Origin: an uncultured delta proteobacterium
GTDB taxonomy: Bacteria; Desulfobacterota; Desulfovibrionia; Desulfovibrionales; Desulfovibrionaceae
Assembly (NCBI GenBank): GCA_903843965.1
Contig: CAIMRY010000025.1
Location: forward strand, 44,622 to 68,621
Length of the DNA: 24,000 nt
Direction of reading: 5' to 3'
This document shows positions 1 to 9,040 of the stretch, piece after piece. The position numbers and the translations under genes are program-made. Numbering within the stretch: the first letter of the stretch is position 1; every line of letters begins with the position of its first letter. The notes beneath the pieces are model-generated. The model was not told where the DNA came from. It saw only the letters and a program-made list of their open reading frames with translations, and ran no database searches.

Positions 1-376
1 CCTCGGCGTTGATGCGCAGGAACACGGTGGCGTCCGTGAACTCCACCATGTCCAGCGACAAGCGGCGCGAGAAGAGCGGAATGACCCGGATGCGCGCCGA
101 CAGGGCGCTGGCCGTGAGCATGGGCTCCGGGCCGAAGCCGGGGGCGTTGCCCAGGGTGATGCCGCGCGCGTGCAGCCCCAGCCAGGGGAACACGCTGACG
201 CCCAGCTCGCCCCCCAGGCCGACCTGCTGGCCCGTGGCCTCCTGCATGAGCCGGGCGAACTCGGTGCGAAACTCCGGGGTGCTCATGTAGTGCGAGGCCC
301 AGAGCACCATGCCCCCGGTGAGGAGCAACAGCGCAATCAGCACGCCCAGGAGGATGAGGATGAGTTTTCGGCGCAT
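1..376 (-). CDS. AsmA-family outer-membrane biogenesis protein, N-terminal part (runs off window start)
   Basis: Reverse-strand ATG at 376. It translates to MRRKLILILLGVLIALLLLTGG (N-terminal membrane anchor), then ...GLGGELGVSVFPWLGLHARGITLGNAPGF...IRVIPLFSRRLSLDMVEF, the pattern of AsmA-family N-termini. This ORF is absent from the supplied track because it has no stop inside the window. Confidence 0.7.
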   Translation of the reverse strand, partial: MRRKLILILLGVLIALLLLTGGMVLWASHYMSTPEFRTEFARLMQEATGQQVGLGGELGVSVFPWLGLHARGITLGNAPGFGPEPMLTASALSARIRVIPLFSRRLSLDMVEFTDATVFLRINAE

Positions 377-490
377 GGCCGCCCGCCTTGTGCCTCAGCT
401 ACGGTTGTGTGTTGCGGGGTCCGACGGCAGCCCGCAGTCCGCCTTTAGCTGGTTTGCGCATTCCCGGCAAGGACGCCTGGGGCAAAGCGT

Positions 491-1402
491 TCAGGACTCG
501 GTGGCCGGACCAGGCTGCGGCGCGTTTTCGCCGGGCCCGGCTTGCTCAATACCGATGCTCTCCAAACCGATGTCAACTAGGCCGATGCCTTCAAGCCCGA
601 CAATGGCGATGCCCGCCTTGTCCGCCACGGCCAGCGTGGACTCCAGGTCGAAGAACAGGCTTTTGCCCGCCTCCACGCCCAGGCACGTGGCCTTGCCCCC
701 AGCCATCAGGCGCACGGTGTCCAGGCCCACGCAGGGCAGGTCCACGCGCTCCTCCTGGCCGGGCTTGGCCACCTTGACCACCACGCAGCCCGCCCCGCCC
801 AGCTCGCAGCCGCGCCGGATGGCCGCGTCCGTGCCTTCCAGGGCCTCCACGGCGGCCACGATGCCCTCGCGCAGGACGATGCACTGGCCGATGTCGAGCC
901 GACCCAGCTCCCGGGCCATGGCCGCCCCGGCGCGCAGGTCGGCCCATTCGCGCTCGTCCGGTGCGCGCCGGGTAAGCACCCCCGGCGGGGTCATGAGCCC
1001 CGGCGCATAGGCCTGGGGCGGGCGGACCGTGATGCCCTCGGACTCCAGCAGGGTGGTGAAGGCGCGCAGAATGGCGTCGTCGCCCTTGCCCTTGAGCGAG
1101 AAGATGAGCTTTACGGCGCGGGCGTCGAGGTGCCGGATGTCCATGACCCCCGGCTTGTTGATGGCCCCGGCCATGATGGCCTCTTCGACCTTGTTCTGCT
1201 TGAAGAAGTCCACGAGCTTGCCCAGCTGGCCCAGCTTCAGCTCGCAGAAGACGTCGGCCAGGGGGTAGACTTCGGGGTTGGTGTGGCCCGCAAACCCGGC
1301 CACCACCAGGCGGTGCCCGGCGTCCTTGACCCCGCGCGCCACCAAAAGCGGGAACTGGCGCCCCCCGCTGATGAGTCCGACGACCTTGGCGGCTGCGCTC
1401 AT
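491..1402 (-). CDS. lpxI: UDP-2,3-diacylglucosamine pyrophosphatase LpxI (DUF1009 family)
   Basis: 303-aa ORF with VGLISGGRQFPLL..., ...IGQCIVLREGIVAAVEALEGTDAAIRRG... and VVVKVAKPGQEERVDLP, typical of LpxI. It lies directly downstream of lpxA, as in lipid A clusters that lack LpxH. Confidence 0.85.
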   Translation of the reverse strand: MSAAAKVVGLISGGRQFPLLVARGVKDAGHRLVVAGFAGHTNPEVYPLADVFCELKLGQLGKLVDFFKQNKVEEAIMAGAINKPGVMDIRHLDARAVKLIFSLKGKGDDAILRAFTTLLESEGITVRPPQAYAPGLMTPPGVLTRRAPDEREWADLRAGAAMARELGRLDIGQCIVLREGIVAAVEALEGTDAAIRRGCELGGAGCVVVKVAKPGQEERVDLPCVGLDTVRLMAGGKATCLGVEAGKSLFFDLESTLAVADKAGIAIVGLEGIGLVDIGLESIGIEQAGPGENAPQPGPATES

Positions 1403-1480
1403 GGATTCCCCCTGCGTGGCTGCGCCAGCCGGAAGCAGGCCGCGCGCCCCGGCTCGTTGCGTCGCCGTTCTTTGGTGGTG

Positions 1481-2290
1481 CTAGTCGTCGCCGTTGGAGC
1501 TCTTGCCCGCGTCGCTGGTGATGCCGCGCACCGTGCCGCGCACGAACTCCACCAGCCGCGCCACCTCAGGCACGTCCGGCAACTCCTCCAGGGCCTTGGT
1601 CAGGGCCTCGTCGCGCATGAGGCCGGAGCGGAAGATGATGCGGTAGGCCTTCTTGATGGCCCCGATGGTGGCGCTGGAAAAGCCCTTGCGCTTGAGCCCG
1701 ATGATGTTCGGGCCGTAGAGCTTGGCCCGGGTGCCCTGGGCCAGCATGTACGGCGGCACGTCGTTGCTGTAGCCGGAAAGCCCGCCCAGAAAGGCGTACT
1801 CGCCGATGCGCGCGTACTGCTGCACCGCAGCCATGCCCGAGACGATGGTGTGGTCGCCGATGTCCACGTGCCCGGCCATGCTCACCGCATTGGCCACGAT
1901 GACGTGGTCGCCGATGCGGCAGTCGTGGGCCACGTGGGCATAGGCCATGAACAGGCAATGCGAGCCGATGGTGGTTTCGCCGTGGCCCTGGGGCGTGCCC
2001 CGATGCACGGTGACGTATTCGCGGAAATGGTTGGCGCTGCCTATGCGCACCCAGGTCTCCTCGCCCTTGAAGCCCAGGTGCTGGGGCGCGTCGCCGATGC
2101 AGGCGTAGGAGTGCACGTGGTTGTCCGGACCCATGTTCGTGTAGTCCTTGACCTGGGAAAAGGCGTCGAGGATGGAGCCGTCGCCGATGAGGACTTTCTC
2201 CTCGATGACGCAGTAGGGTCCGACAGTGACGTTGTCGCCCAGCTGCGCGCCGGGATGAACAACCGCAGAGGGATGGATCTGTGTGGGCAC
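1481..2290 (-). CDS. lpxA: acyl-ACP--UDP-N-acetylglucosamine O-acyltransferase
   Basis: 269 aa. Left-handed beta-helix hexapeptide repeats (IHPSAVVHPGAQLGDNVTVGPYCVI...) and the LpxA C-terminal helical domain (NIIGLKRKGFS...IKKAYRIIFRS). The GTG start overlaps the fabZ stop by 1 nt (TAGTG). Confidence 0.95.
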   Translation of the reverse strand: MPTQIHPSAVVHPGAQLGDNVTVGPYCVIEEKVLIGDGSILDAFSQVKDYTNMGPDNHVHSYACIGDAPQHLGFKGEETWVRIGSANHFREYVTVHRGTPQGHGETTIGSHCLFMAYAHVAHDCRIGDHVIVANAVSMAGHVDIGDHTIVSGMAAVQQYARIGEYAFLGGLSGYSNDVPPYMLAQGTRAKLYGPNIIGLKRKGFSSATIGAIKKAYRIIFRSGLMRDEALTKALEELPDVPEVARLVEFVRGTVRGITSDAGKSSNGDD

Positions 2291-2772
2291 TACATCTTCC
2301 CCTTGTCCACCACGGCGGCGGTGAAAATGCCCTCGGCCACGAGCTCGCCGTCAACGGTGGCGCGGCCCTGCATCTTCCAGATGTTCATCTTGCGCCGGAT
2401 GACGCTGGCCTCCAGGTTCAGGCGGTCGCCAGGGACCACGGGGCGGCGTATCTTGACCCCGTCGATGCCGGTGAAGAGGAACAGCTTGTCCGTGGAGTTG
2501 ATGCCCATGGTCTTGACCACGAAGATGCCGCCGGCCTGGGCCAAGGCCTCCAGAATGAGCACGCCGGGCATGATGGGCTGGCCAGGAAAATGGCCCTGGA
2601 AGAAATTCTCGTTGAAGGTCACGTTCTTGTAGGCCGTGATGCCCACGCCGGACTCGAAGCCGACCACCCGGTCCACCAGCAGGAAGGGATAGCGGTGCGG
2701 CAGCATCTCCATGATGCTGCGGATGTCGTCGACAAAGGCAGTGCCGTTCGCCGGGGCCGGGGCGCTCGTCAT
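2290..2772 (-). CDS. fabZ: 3-hydroxyacyl-ACP dehydratase
   Basis: 160 aa with LPHRYPFLLVDRV...FFQGHFPGQPIMPGVLILEALAQ, the FabZ hot-dog signature. It sits between lpxD and lpxA. Confidence 0.95.
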   Translation of the reverse strand: MTSAPAPANGTAFVDDIRSIMEMLPHRYPFLLVDRVVGFESGVGITAYKNVTFNENFFQGHFPGQPIMPGVLILEALAQAGGIFVVKTMGINSTDKLFLFTGIDGVKIRRPVVPGDRLNLEASVIRRKMNIWKMQGRATVDGELVAEGIFTAAVVDKGKM

Positions 2773-2773
2773 G

Positions 2774-3799
2774 TCAGTCCTCCTTGGGCTTGTCCTGGCG
2801 CTGCTCCAGGGCCTTCTCCAGCTTGCGCACGCGGCGCGCCAGGTCCGGCAGCTTGGGCAGGGTCAGTGACATCTTGAGATAGGTTGCTATGTCCATGGAG
2901 GGCGACCCGCCAACCATGGCCCCGGCGGGCTGGTCCACGCCGACGCCGGACTGCCCGGCCACCTGGACGCCGTCGCCCAGGCTGATGTTGTCACGCAGGG
3001 CCGACTGCCCGGCCATGACGACGCCGTTGCCCAGCGTGCAGCTGCCCGCGATGCCCGCCTGGGAGATGATCAGGCAGTGCTTGCCGATCTGCACGTTGTG
3101 GGCGATCTGGGCCAGGTTGTCGATCTTGGTGCCGTCGCCGATGCGTGTGGCGTCCAGGGCGGCGCGGTCGACGGTGGTGTTGGCCCCGATCTCGACGTCG
3201 TCACCCACGACCACAACGCCCACCTGCGGGACCTTCACGTGGCCCGCCGAGCTTTGGGCGTAGCCGTAGCCGTCGCTGCCGAGCACGGCCCCGGCGTGGA
3301 CGATGACGCGGTCGCCCAGGACTGTACCGGCCAGGAGCACGCTGTTGGGGTACAGGGTGCAGCCCTGGCCGAGCACGCAGTCCTCGCCCACGTAGACGCC
3401 GGGGAACAGGGTCGTGCCAGCTCCGATTGCCGCGCGGGCGCCGATGAAGGCGAAGGGGTACACGGTGATGTCAGGGGCGAGGCTCGTGTCCGGGTGGACG
3501 TAGGCCTGGGGGCTTACACCCGTCAGGCAGCCCTGCGGCTTGGCGAAGAGCGCCACCACGCGCGCCCAGTCGAGCTTGAGGTTTGTGCTGAGCAGGCAGG
3601 TGCGCCCCTCGGGCGCGAACGTCTCCTCGCACAAGACAGCGCCCGCCCTGCTGTGCTCGAGCTCCGGCAGGTGCTTGCGGTTCAGCAGGGGGGCGAGCTC
3701 GTCCGGCCCGGCCAGGGCCAGCGTGTTCACGGCGGCAATCTCAAGGTCGTGGCCGGAAAAGGTCAGACCGACCTTCCCGGCCACTTCGGACAAACGCAT
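2774..3799 (-). CDS. lpxD: UDP-3-O-acylglucosamine N-acyltransferase
   Basis: 341 aa. N-terminal LpxD domain ([12 protein letters not shown]...) followed by an extended hexapeptide-repeat beta-helix. Conserved skp-lpxD-fabZ-lpxA order. Confidence 0.95.
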   Translation of the reverse strand: MRLSEVAGKVGLTFSGHDLEIAAVNTLALAGPDELAPLLNRKHLPELEHSRAGAVLCEETFAPEGRTCLLSTNLKLDWARVVALFAKPQGCLTGVSPQAYVHPDTSLAPDITVYPFAFIGARAAIGAGTTLFPGVYVGEDCVLGQGCTLYPNSVLLAGTVLGDRVIVHAGAVLGSDGYGYAQSSAGHVKVPQVGVVVVGDDVEIGANTTVDRAALDATRIGDGTKIDNLAQIAHNVQIGKHCLIISQAGIAGSCTLGNGVVMAGQSALRDNISLGDGVQVAGQSGVGVDQPAGAMVGGSPSMDIATYLKMSLTLPKLPDLARRVRKLEKALEQRQDKPKED

Positions 3800-3813
3800 T
3801 CTCTGGCTCCGGA

Positions 3814-4350
3814 CTACTTCTTGGGCCGCGCTTTCCAGCCCCTGTTCAGCTCGGGAATCAACAACTTGGTGATGTCAATAGCGGGCTCAGCGTAGTAGGT
3901 TATTCCCTGCATCTTGGCGAGAAGCAAGGTTATGCCATTCTTGGCGCAGTAGTCGCGCACCACATCATTCAGCACGCGCTCGATCTCGGCCAGCTTGGTG
4001 TTCTGCTCGCGGCTGACGGCGCTCTGGAACCGGCGCATGTTCTCGGTCAGCTCGAACTCCTTGCGCCGGAGCTCGCGCTCCTTGTCAGCGCGGGCTTCAG
4101 GAGCCAGGCCAAAGGCCTGCTTCTGGAAGTTCTCCTGCAGCTTGATAAAGTCCGTTCTTTCTTTTTCGATCTTGTCGCTCTCGGGCTTCAGCTTGGCCTC
4201 AAGCTGCTTAATGGCCTCAGCGCCAGGTTCGGAGTTCTTCAAAGCCTCGTTGGGGTCAAAAACTGCGATTTTGACCGGACCGGCCCCGGCGGCAAAGGCC
4301 ACGGACTGAAGCAGGAAGAGGAAAAGGGCAAGGGCCAGAAACTTACGCAT
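3814..4350 (-). CDS. skp: OmpH/Skp-family periplasmic chaperone
   Basis: Signal peptide [20 protein letters not shown] followed by a Lys/Glu-rich coiled-coil body. I chose the ATG at 4350 (AAAGGAGAA Shine-Dalgarno 8 nt upstream) over the track's GTG at 4368. Located between bamA and lpxD. Confidence 0.85.
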   Translation of the reverse strand: MRKFLALALFLFLLQSVAFAAGAGPVKIAVFDPNEALKNSEPGAEAIKQLEAKLKPESDKIEKERTDFIKLQENFQKQAFGLAPEARADKERELRRKEFELTENMRRFQSAVSREQNTKLAEIERVLNDVVRDYCAKNGITLLLAKMQGITYYAEPAIDITKLLIPELNRGWKARPKK

Positions 4351-4409
4351 GTCAAATTCTCCTTTCACCAGTTGTTGATACTTACGCTTCTGTCTACACA
4401 GGAAGACCG

Positions 4410-7145
4410 CTAGAAGGTCTGGCCCATGTTGAACTCCACCTTGTTCCGCGTGCTGTCATAGACTTCGTCCAAACCATGTCCGAACTCAAGCTTCAGCGGG
4501 CCCATTGGCGAGAACCACTGGAGGCCGACGCCCACGCTCTTGTACAGGCCAAGAGGCGGTGACGTATAGCCGTTGCGGGTGGGGTTGCTGAGCCACATCT
4601 CGCCTTCTTTCCAGGAGTTGCCTGCGTCAAAGAACAAGGAGCCGATGATACCCATCTTTTTGTTCAGAGGGTAGAGCAATTCAAGGTTCGTGAAGAGCAT
4701 CTTGTCGCCGCCAAGAGCCTGGCCCGTGGCGTCGTCCAGGGGCGAGATCTTGTGCTGCGTGTAGCCGCGCACAGTGCCCATGCCGCCCAGGGTGAAACGT
4801 TCGCCCAGGGGAATGGGGCTGCCCCAGTTCTGCCCGATCATGGCTGTGGACGCGTGGGATTTCAGCACAAGGTCGCCGATGACGCTGTTGTACATGACAA
4901 AGTCATAGCCGAGCTTGATGAAGTTGTCGTTGCCGCCCAGGATGGCGCCGCCATTGGTCAGGCTGACGGTGTTCACCGTGCCCTTGGTGGGCAGGGTCAT
5001 GCCGCCGCCGTTGGTGGTGTTGCGCGCCACCGAGACCGAGGCCACGCTGGCGATGTGCGTGCCCAGGGCGTCAGTGATCGCCTGCGCGGAGCCGGCTTTC
5101 GCGTCATAGATCCTGTAGCGGTCCAGGCGATAGCTCCACAGCAGGCTGGTGTACTCGCCGATGGGGTACGCAAAGTTGACCGTGGAGCCGATGGTGTTGC
5201 GCTGGTAGTCGACGAGGTTTTCGTCGCGTTCGTAGGCCGAAAAGCCCACGCCAAGCTTGCTGTCATCCCAGCGCGGGTTGAAGGCGTTTAAGGTGTAGCT
5301 CGTCTTCTTGGTGCTCCACTGCCCGGCGAGCCCCGCGCCCCAGCCCTTGCCGAACATGTTCTGCTCGTCCAGGGTGCCGGCGAAGTAGACGCCGTCGTAT
5401 GTGGAGAAGCCGACGCCGCCGCCGATCTTGCCGGTGTCCTTGTCCTTGACCTTGATCTTCAGGTCCATCTCCTCGGGATTGCCCGTGGGCACGGGCTCAA
5501 TGTCCACCGAGGAGAAGTAGCCGGACTTGTCCAGGCGTTCGGTGGAGCGCTTGAGCATTTCGCCGTTGAACAGGGAGCCGTCGGCCAGGCGCATCTCGCG
5601 CAGGATGACGTTGTCGCGGGTCTTGGTGTTGCCCTCGATGAGCACCCGACGGATGTGGACCTTCTGCAGCTTGCGCATGACATAAACGACATCCACTGTT
5701 TTTTCTTCCGGGTGGTCGTTCATGCGCACATTGGCCTCGGCGTAGGCGTAGCCGAAGTTGTTGTAGTATTCGGTCAAGGCCTTCAGGTCGTCGCGCACCA
5801 GGGAGCGGTCAAGATAGTCCTTCTTCCCGGCGGCCTTGCTCAGCTTGGTCACTTCCAGCAGCTTGTCCTCGTCGGCAATGAGGTCGCCCTCGACGCTGAC
5901 CTTCTCCACGCGGAAGCGCGAGCCCTCTTCGACCTTGAACTTGATGTAGATGCCGTCATCCTTGAACTCGATGTCGGGGCTGCCCACCTTGGCGTCCATG
6001 TAGCCGCGGTTGTTGTAATAGGCGGCGAGCACGGACGTGTCGCGCTCAACCATGTCCTCCTTGAGGATGCCGCCCTGGCTGAACCAGGAGAAGATCCCGC
6101 GCTCCTTCAAGGCCATGTCTTCCTTGAGGTCGTCCTCGGAAACCTGCTTGGCTCCTTCCACGGTGATGGACTTGATGTAGAGCTTCTTGCCCTCGTCGAT
6201 GACGAAGTTGAGACGCGCCTGCCCCTGGCCCGCGGTCTCGGTCTCGTGGGTGACCTTGGCGTTGTAGTAGCCGTCCTTGCGGTACAGGTCGCGGATGGCG
6301 TTGATATCCTCGGCCAGGACCTTTGGGTTCAAGACCGCGCCCTTCTTGGAGTTGACGACCTTGAGCACGTCCTCAACGGATTTCTCCTTGGCGCCCTTGA
6401 CGCCCAGGGCCAGGATGCGCGGCTTCTCCACAACCTGCACGATCATCTTCTTGCCGCCGTTGACGTCGCGCAGGATGATCTTCACGTCGTCAAAATATCC
6501 CAGGTCGTACACGGTCTTAAGGTCCGTGTTCACGGCCTTGGCGTCCAGAACCTCGCCTTTCTTTGTGGACAGGCGCATGAGCACCACGTCTTTGTCCAGC
6601 GCGGTGGTGCCCTCCACGTCGATGTCCACGATGCGCTCCAGGCCGAGCAGGTCACCCTTCATCTTGGTCACCAGGTCGTCCACGGCGGGCAGGAGGTTGA
6701 TCAGCCCCTCGCGCGTGGAGAACACAGGCCTCGGCGGCTTCAGCCCAAAGGGGTCCAGGACCCGGGCGTCGATGGACAGGGTCTCGCCCAGCTTGCTGAA
6801 GCTGCCGGTGATGGCGTACCCGGCGTTGGTCAAGAGGGCCGCCTCCTTGGCGGCGGCGGGGTCAGCGGGGTTCAGGCCCTTGGAGGCCAAAGCCTTGGCC
6901 ACGGCCTCCTTGTCGATGACGGTGAACCCGGCCTCGCGCAGGCGGTCGGACAACAGGTCCGGCAAACCCTGGCGGAGGTACTTCAGGTCGTCTCCGGCGT
7001 TCACCTCAAACGGCATCACGACCACTGTGACTTCGCGCGGCGAGGTCACTGCGGAGCGGGAAGGCCGTGGCGCGGCGCACACGGCCGCAAAGACCGTGAA
7101 AAACGCCAGCACAAGGAAAAAATTTTTGCTGCTACCCCTGGGCAT
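4410..7145 (-). CDS. bamA: outer membrane protein assembly factor BamA, with an extra N-terminal domain
   Basis: 911 aa. It has a signal peptide and five POTRA-like repeats, each opening with x-I-x-V-E-G (ERIVDIDVEG, LALGVKG, KSITVEGAK, EKVSVEGD, RRVLIEGNTKTRD). The C-terminal Omp85 barrel ends in ...VEFNMGQTF. About 130 additional residues precede POTRA1. Confidence 0.95.
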   Translation of the reverse strand: MPRGSSKNFFLVLAFFTVFAAVCAAPRPSRSAVTSPREVTVVVMPFEVNAGDDLKYLRQGLPDLLSDRLREAGFTVIDKEAVAKALASKGLNPADPAAAKEAALLTNAGYAITGSFSKLGETLSIDARVLDPFGLKPPRPVFSTREGLINLLPAVDDLVTKMKGDLLGLERIVDIDVEGTTALDKDVVLMRLSTKKGEVLDAKAVNTDLKTVYDLGYFDDVKIILRDVNGGKKMIVQVVEKPRILALGVKGAKEKSVEDVLKVVNSKKGAVLNPKVLAEDINAIRDLYRKDGYYNAKVTHETETAGQGQARLNFVIDEGKKLYIKSITVEGAKQVSEDDLKEDMALKERGIFSWFSQGGILKEDMVERDTSVLAAYYNNRGYMDAKVGSPDIEFKDDGIYIKFKVEEGSRFRVEKVSVEGDLIADEDKLLEVTKLSKAAGKKDYLDRSLVRDDLKALTEYYNNFGYAYAEANVRMNDHPEEKTVDVVYVMRKLQKVHIRRVLIEGNTKTRDNVILREMRLADGSLFNGEMLKRSTERLDKSGYFSSVDIEPVPTGNPEEMDLKIKVKDKDTGKIGGGVGFSTYDGVYFAGTLDEQNMFGKGWGAGLAGQWSTKKTSYTLNAFNPRWDDSKLGVGFSAYERDENLVDYQRNTIGSTVNFAYPIGEYTSLLWSYRLDRYRIYDAKAGSAQAITDALGTHIASVASVSVARNTTNGGGMTLPTKGTVNTVSLTNGGAILGGNDNFIKLGYDFVMYNSVIGDLVLKSHASTAMIGQNWGSPIPLGERFTLGGMGTVRGYTQHKISPLDDATGQALGGDKMLFTNLELLYPLNKKMGIIGSLFFDAGNSWKEGEMWLSNPTRNGYTSPPLGLYKSVGVGLQWFSPMGPLKLEFGHGLDEVYDSTRNKVEFNMGQTF

Positions 7146-7818
7146 AGAGAACTCCCGAACGCAACTCGAACCGCCGTCCCATGACGCCGGCCAGTTCTAT
7201 GTTATGCGTTACGACCACGAATGTCATCCCCAAGTCCCTGTTCAAGGACACCAGGAGTTCGCCGACCATTCTGCCCGTTCTCTCGTCCAGGTTTCCGGTG
7301 GGCTCGTCGGCCAGAAGGGCCTTCGGGCGGAGCAGGATGGCCCTGGCGATGGCCGCCCGCTGGCGTTCTCCGCCAGACAGGGTCGTCACCGCCTGTTCCA
7401 TGTGCTGCCGCATTCCCACCATCACCAGGGCCTCACGGGCCAGCTCCAGGGCTTCAGCCCTGGACTTCCCGGCAATGATGCCGGGCATGGCGACATTCTC
7501 CAAGGTCGTGAATTCCGGCAGCAGGTGGTGGAACTGAAAAACAAATCCCATGTCCCTGTTGCGAAGCACGGCCCTGCGCCTGTCGTCGAGGACCGCCAGA
7601 TTCTCCCCGGAGAAGAAAATTTCTCCACTCGTGGGCGCGTCCAGAGTTCCAAGAAGGTGCAGGAGGGTCGTCTTCCCGGAACCCGAGGCGCCTAGTATGG
7701 CAATGGATTCTCCAGGGGCTACGGTCAGATCGATCCCGTCAAGCACCCGCAGGCGCTCCCCTGGCCCAGCAAATTCCTTGCCAACCCTGTTCAGGCGGTA
7801 TAGCGGCTCTTTATTCAT
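7132..7818 (-). CDS. lolD: lipoprotein-releasing ABC transporter ATP-binding protein
   Basis: Walker A GASGSGKTTLL, signature LSGGERQR, Walker B LLADEPTGNLD. The start is set at the internal ATG (MNKEPLYRL...) at 7818, which overlaps the upstream permease stop as ATGAATAA. The 84-nt N-terminal extension in the track is rejected. Confidence 0.9.
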   Translation of the reverse strand: MNKEPLYRLNRVGKEFAGPGERLRVLDGIDLTVAPGESIAILGASGSGKTTLLHLLGTLDAPTSGEIFFSGENLAVLDDRRRAVLRNRDMGFVFQFHHLLPEFTTLENVAMPGIIAGKSRAEALELAREALVMVGMRQHMEQAVTTLSGGERQRAAIARAILLRPKALLADEPTGNLDERTGRMVGELLVSLNRDLGMTFVVVTHNIELAGVMGRRFELRSGVLYAQG

Positions 7819-9040
7819 AACGCAAGGCATCCGAGGGCTTAAGCGCAGCTGCGCGCCGGGCCGGGTAGATCGTGGACAGATAGCACAGGGCAAGAGCCGC
7901 AACCCCGATCAGCAGCATATCCAAAAACTCAAGGCGTACAGGTAGATAGTCCACCGGGTAGACATCGCTCGGCAGCTTGATGAACTGGTATTTCTTGAGC
8001 AAAAGCGCCACAGGAAGGCCGATGGCGTAGCCCAGGGCCGTGCCCACCGCGCCGATAAAACTGCCCTGATAGATAAAAATCCGCCGGATGCTCCTCTCGT
8101 CCGCGCCCATGGCCATGAGCACGGCGATGTCCTTGGTCTTCTGCATCACCAGCATCACCAGCATGGTCACGATGCTGAAGGAGCCCACCAGCACGATCAT
8201 GGCCAGGATGATGAACATGGCCGTCTTCTCAAGCTCCAAGGCTGCGAAAAGATTGGCGTTCATCTCCTGCCAGTTGCGCACAAAAACAGGGTAGTCATGC
8301 AGCTTTGCGCGGATATGGTCGCTGACGGTGCCGGCCGCGTACACATCCGCCAGGCGAACCTCCAGCCCTGATACGATATCACCCTTGAATCCAAGGAGAC
8401 TTCTCGCCGCGCCCACGGTCACGTAGCCCAGGGTGGCGTCGTACTCGAACATGCCGGTCTTGAAGATTCCGGCCACGCGGAAGACCTTCACCTTGGGCGT
8501 AAAGCCTACTGCGCTGGGGGTTCCCGTGGGCGAGAGCAGGTTCACCAGCGCCCCCACCTCCAGCCCCAGGCGCTTGGCCATCTCCGCGCCGATGATCACT
8601 CCGGGCAGGTCGTCGCGGTCCTCCAAATCATTGACGCTTCCGGAAACCATGTCCCGGGTGATGCTCAGGACTTGGTCGGCGGTGGCGGGGTCGATGCCGC
8701 GCAGGACCACGCCCTTGACCCCGCCCTTGGCCGAGAGCATGACCTCGGAGTACACAAAGGGCGTGACCCCGCTGACGCCGGGCACCTCCCGGCACAGGTC
8801 CGCCAGCTTCTGGTAGTCGCGGATGCCGCCGGAAAAGGCGCTCACCAGCACGTGGGCGTTGACGCCCAGGATCTTGTCGCGCAGGTCCTTGGTGAACCCG
8901 TTCATGACCCCGATGACCACGATGAGCGCGGCCACGCCGAGGGCCACGCCGCACACGGCGAATAGCGAGATGATGCCGATGAAGGACTGTTTGCGAAGCG
9001 CGAAGATGTAGCGCAGGGCGATGAACAGTTCGAAGTTCAT
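7811..9040 (-). CDS. lolC: lipoprotein-releasing system permease (LolC/LolE family, MacB-FtsX fold)
   Basis: 409 aa beginning [21 protein letters not shown]..., with four TM segments, a large periplasmic loop and a C-terminal FtsX domain. The ATGA overlap with the lysS stop indicates translational coupling. Confidence 0.9.
   Translation of the reverse strand: MNFELFIALRYIFALRKQSFIGIISLFAVCGVALGVAALIVVIGVMNGFTKDLRDKILGVNAHVLVSAFSGGIRDYQKLADLCREVPGVSGVTPFVYSEVMLSAKGGVKGVVLRGIDPATADQVLSITRDMVSGSVNDLEDRDDLPGVIIGAEMAKRLGLEVGALVNLLSPTGTPSAVGFTPKVKVFRVAGIFKTGMFEYDATLGYVTVGAARSLLGFKGDIVSGLEVRLADVYAAGTVSDHIRAKLHDYPVFVRNWQEMNANLFAALELEKTAMFIILAMIVLVGSFSIVTMLVMLVMQKTKDIAVLMAMGADERSIRRIFIYQGSFIGAVGTALGYAIGLPVALLLKKYQFIKLPSDVYPVDYLPVRLEFLDMLLIGVAALALCYLSTIYPARRAAALKPSDALRYE

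Noticed and set aside
1130-2632. 500-aa plus-strand ORF across lpxI, lpxA and fabZ
   Set aside because: It is antisense to three genes with clear family signatures and has the same low-complexity composition as the other shadow ORFs. The same reasoning rejects 309-1010(+), 2281-2877(+) and 3077-3895(+).
5655-7184. 509-aa and 472-aa plus-strand ORFs (5655-7184, 6277-7695) across bamA and lolD
   Set aside because: Both are antisense to BamA and LolD, have no domain signatures, and are repetitive in V/L/G/D/H. They are shadow ORFs.
7819-7902. N-terminal extensions given by the ORF track (lolD 7902, skp 4368, DUF1737 11318, RsbR-like 11694, PP2C 14050, SiaB 16394, SiaC 16878, hemerythrins 18198 and 18854, Rrf2 19922)
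   Set aside because: In each case an internal start has a better Shine-Dalgarno sequence, couples to the upstream stop, or removes non-homologous Arg/Pro-rich leader sequence.
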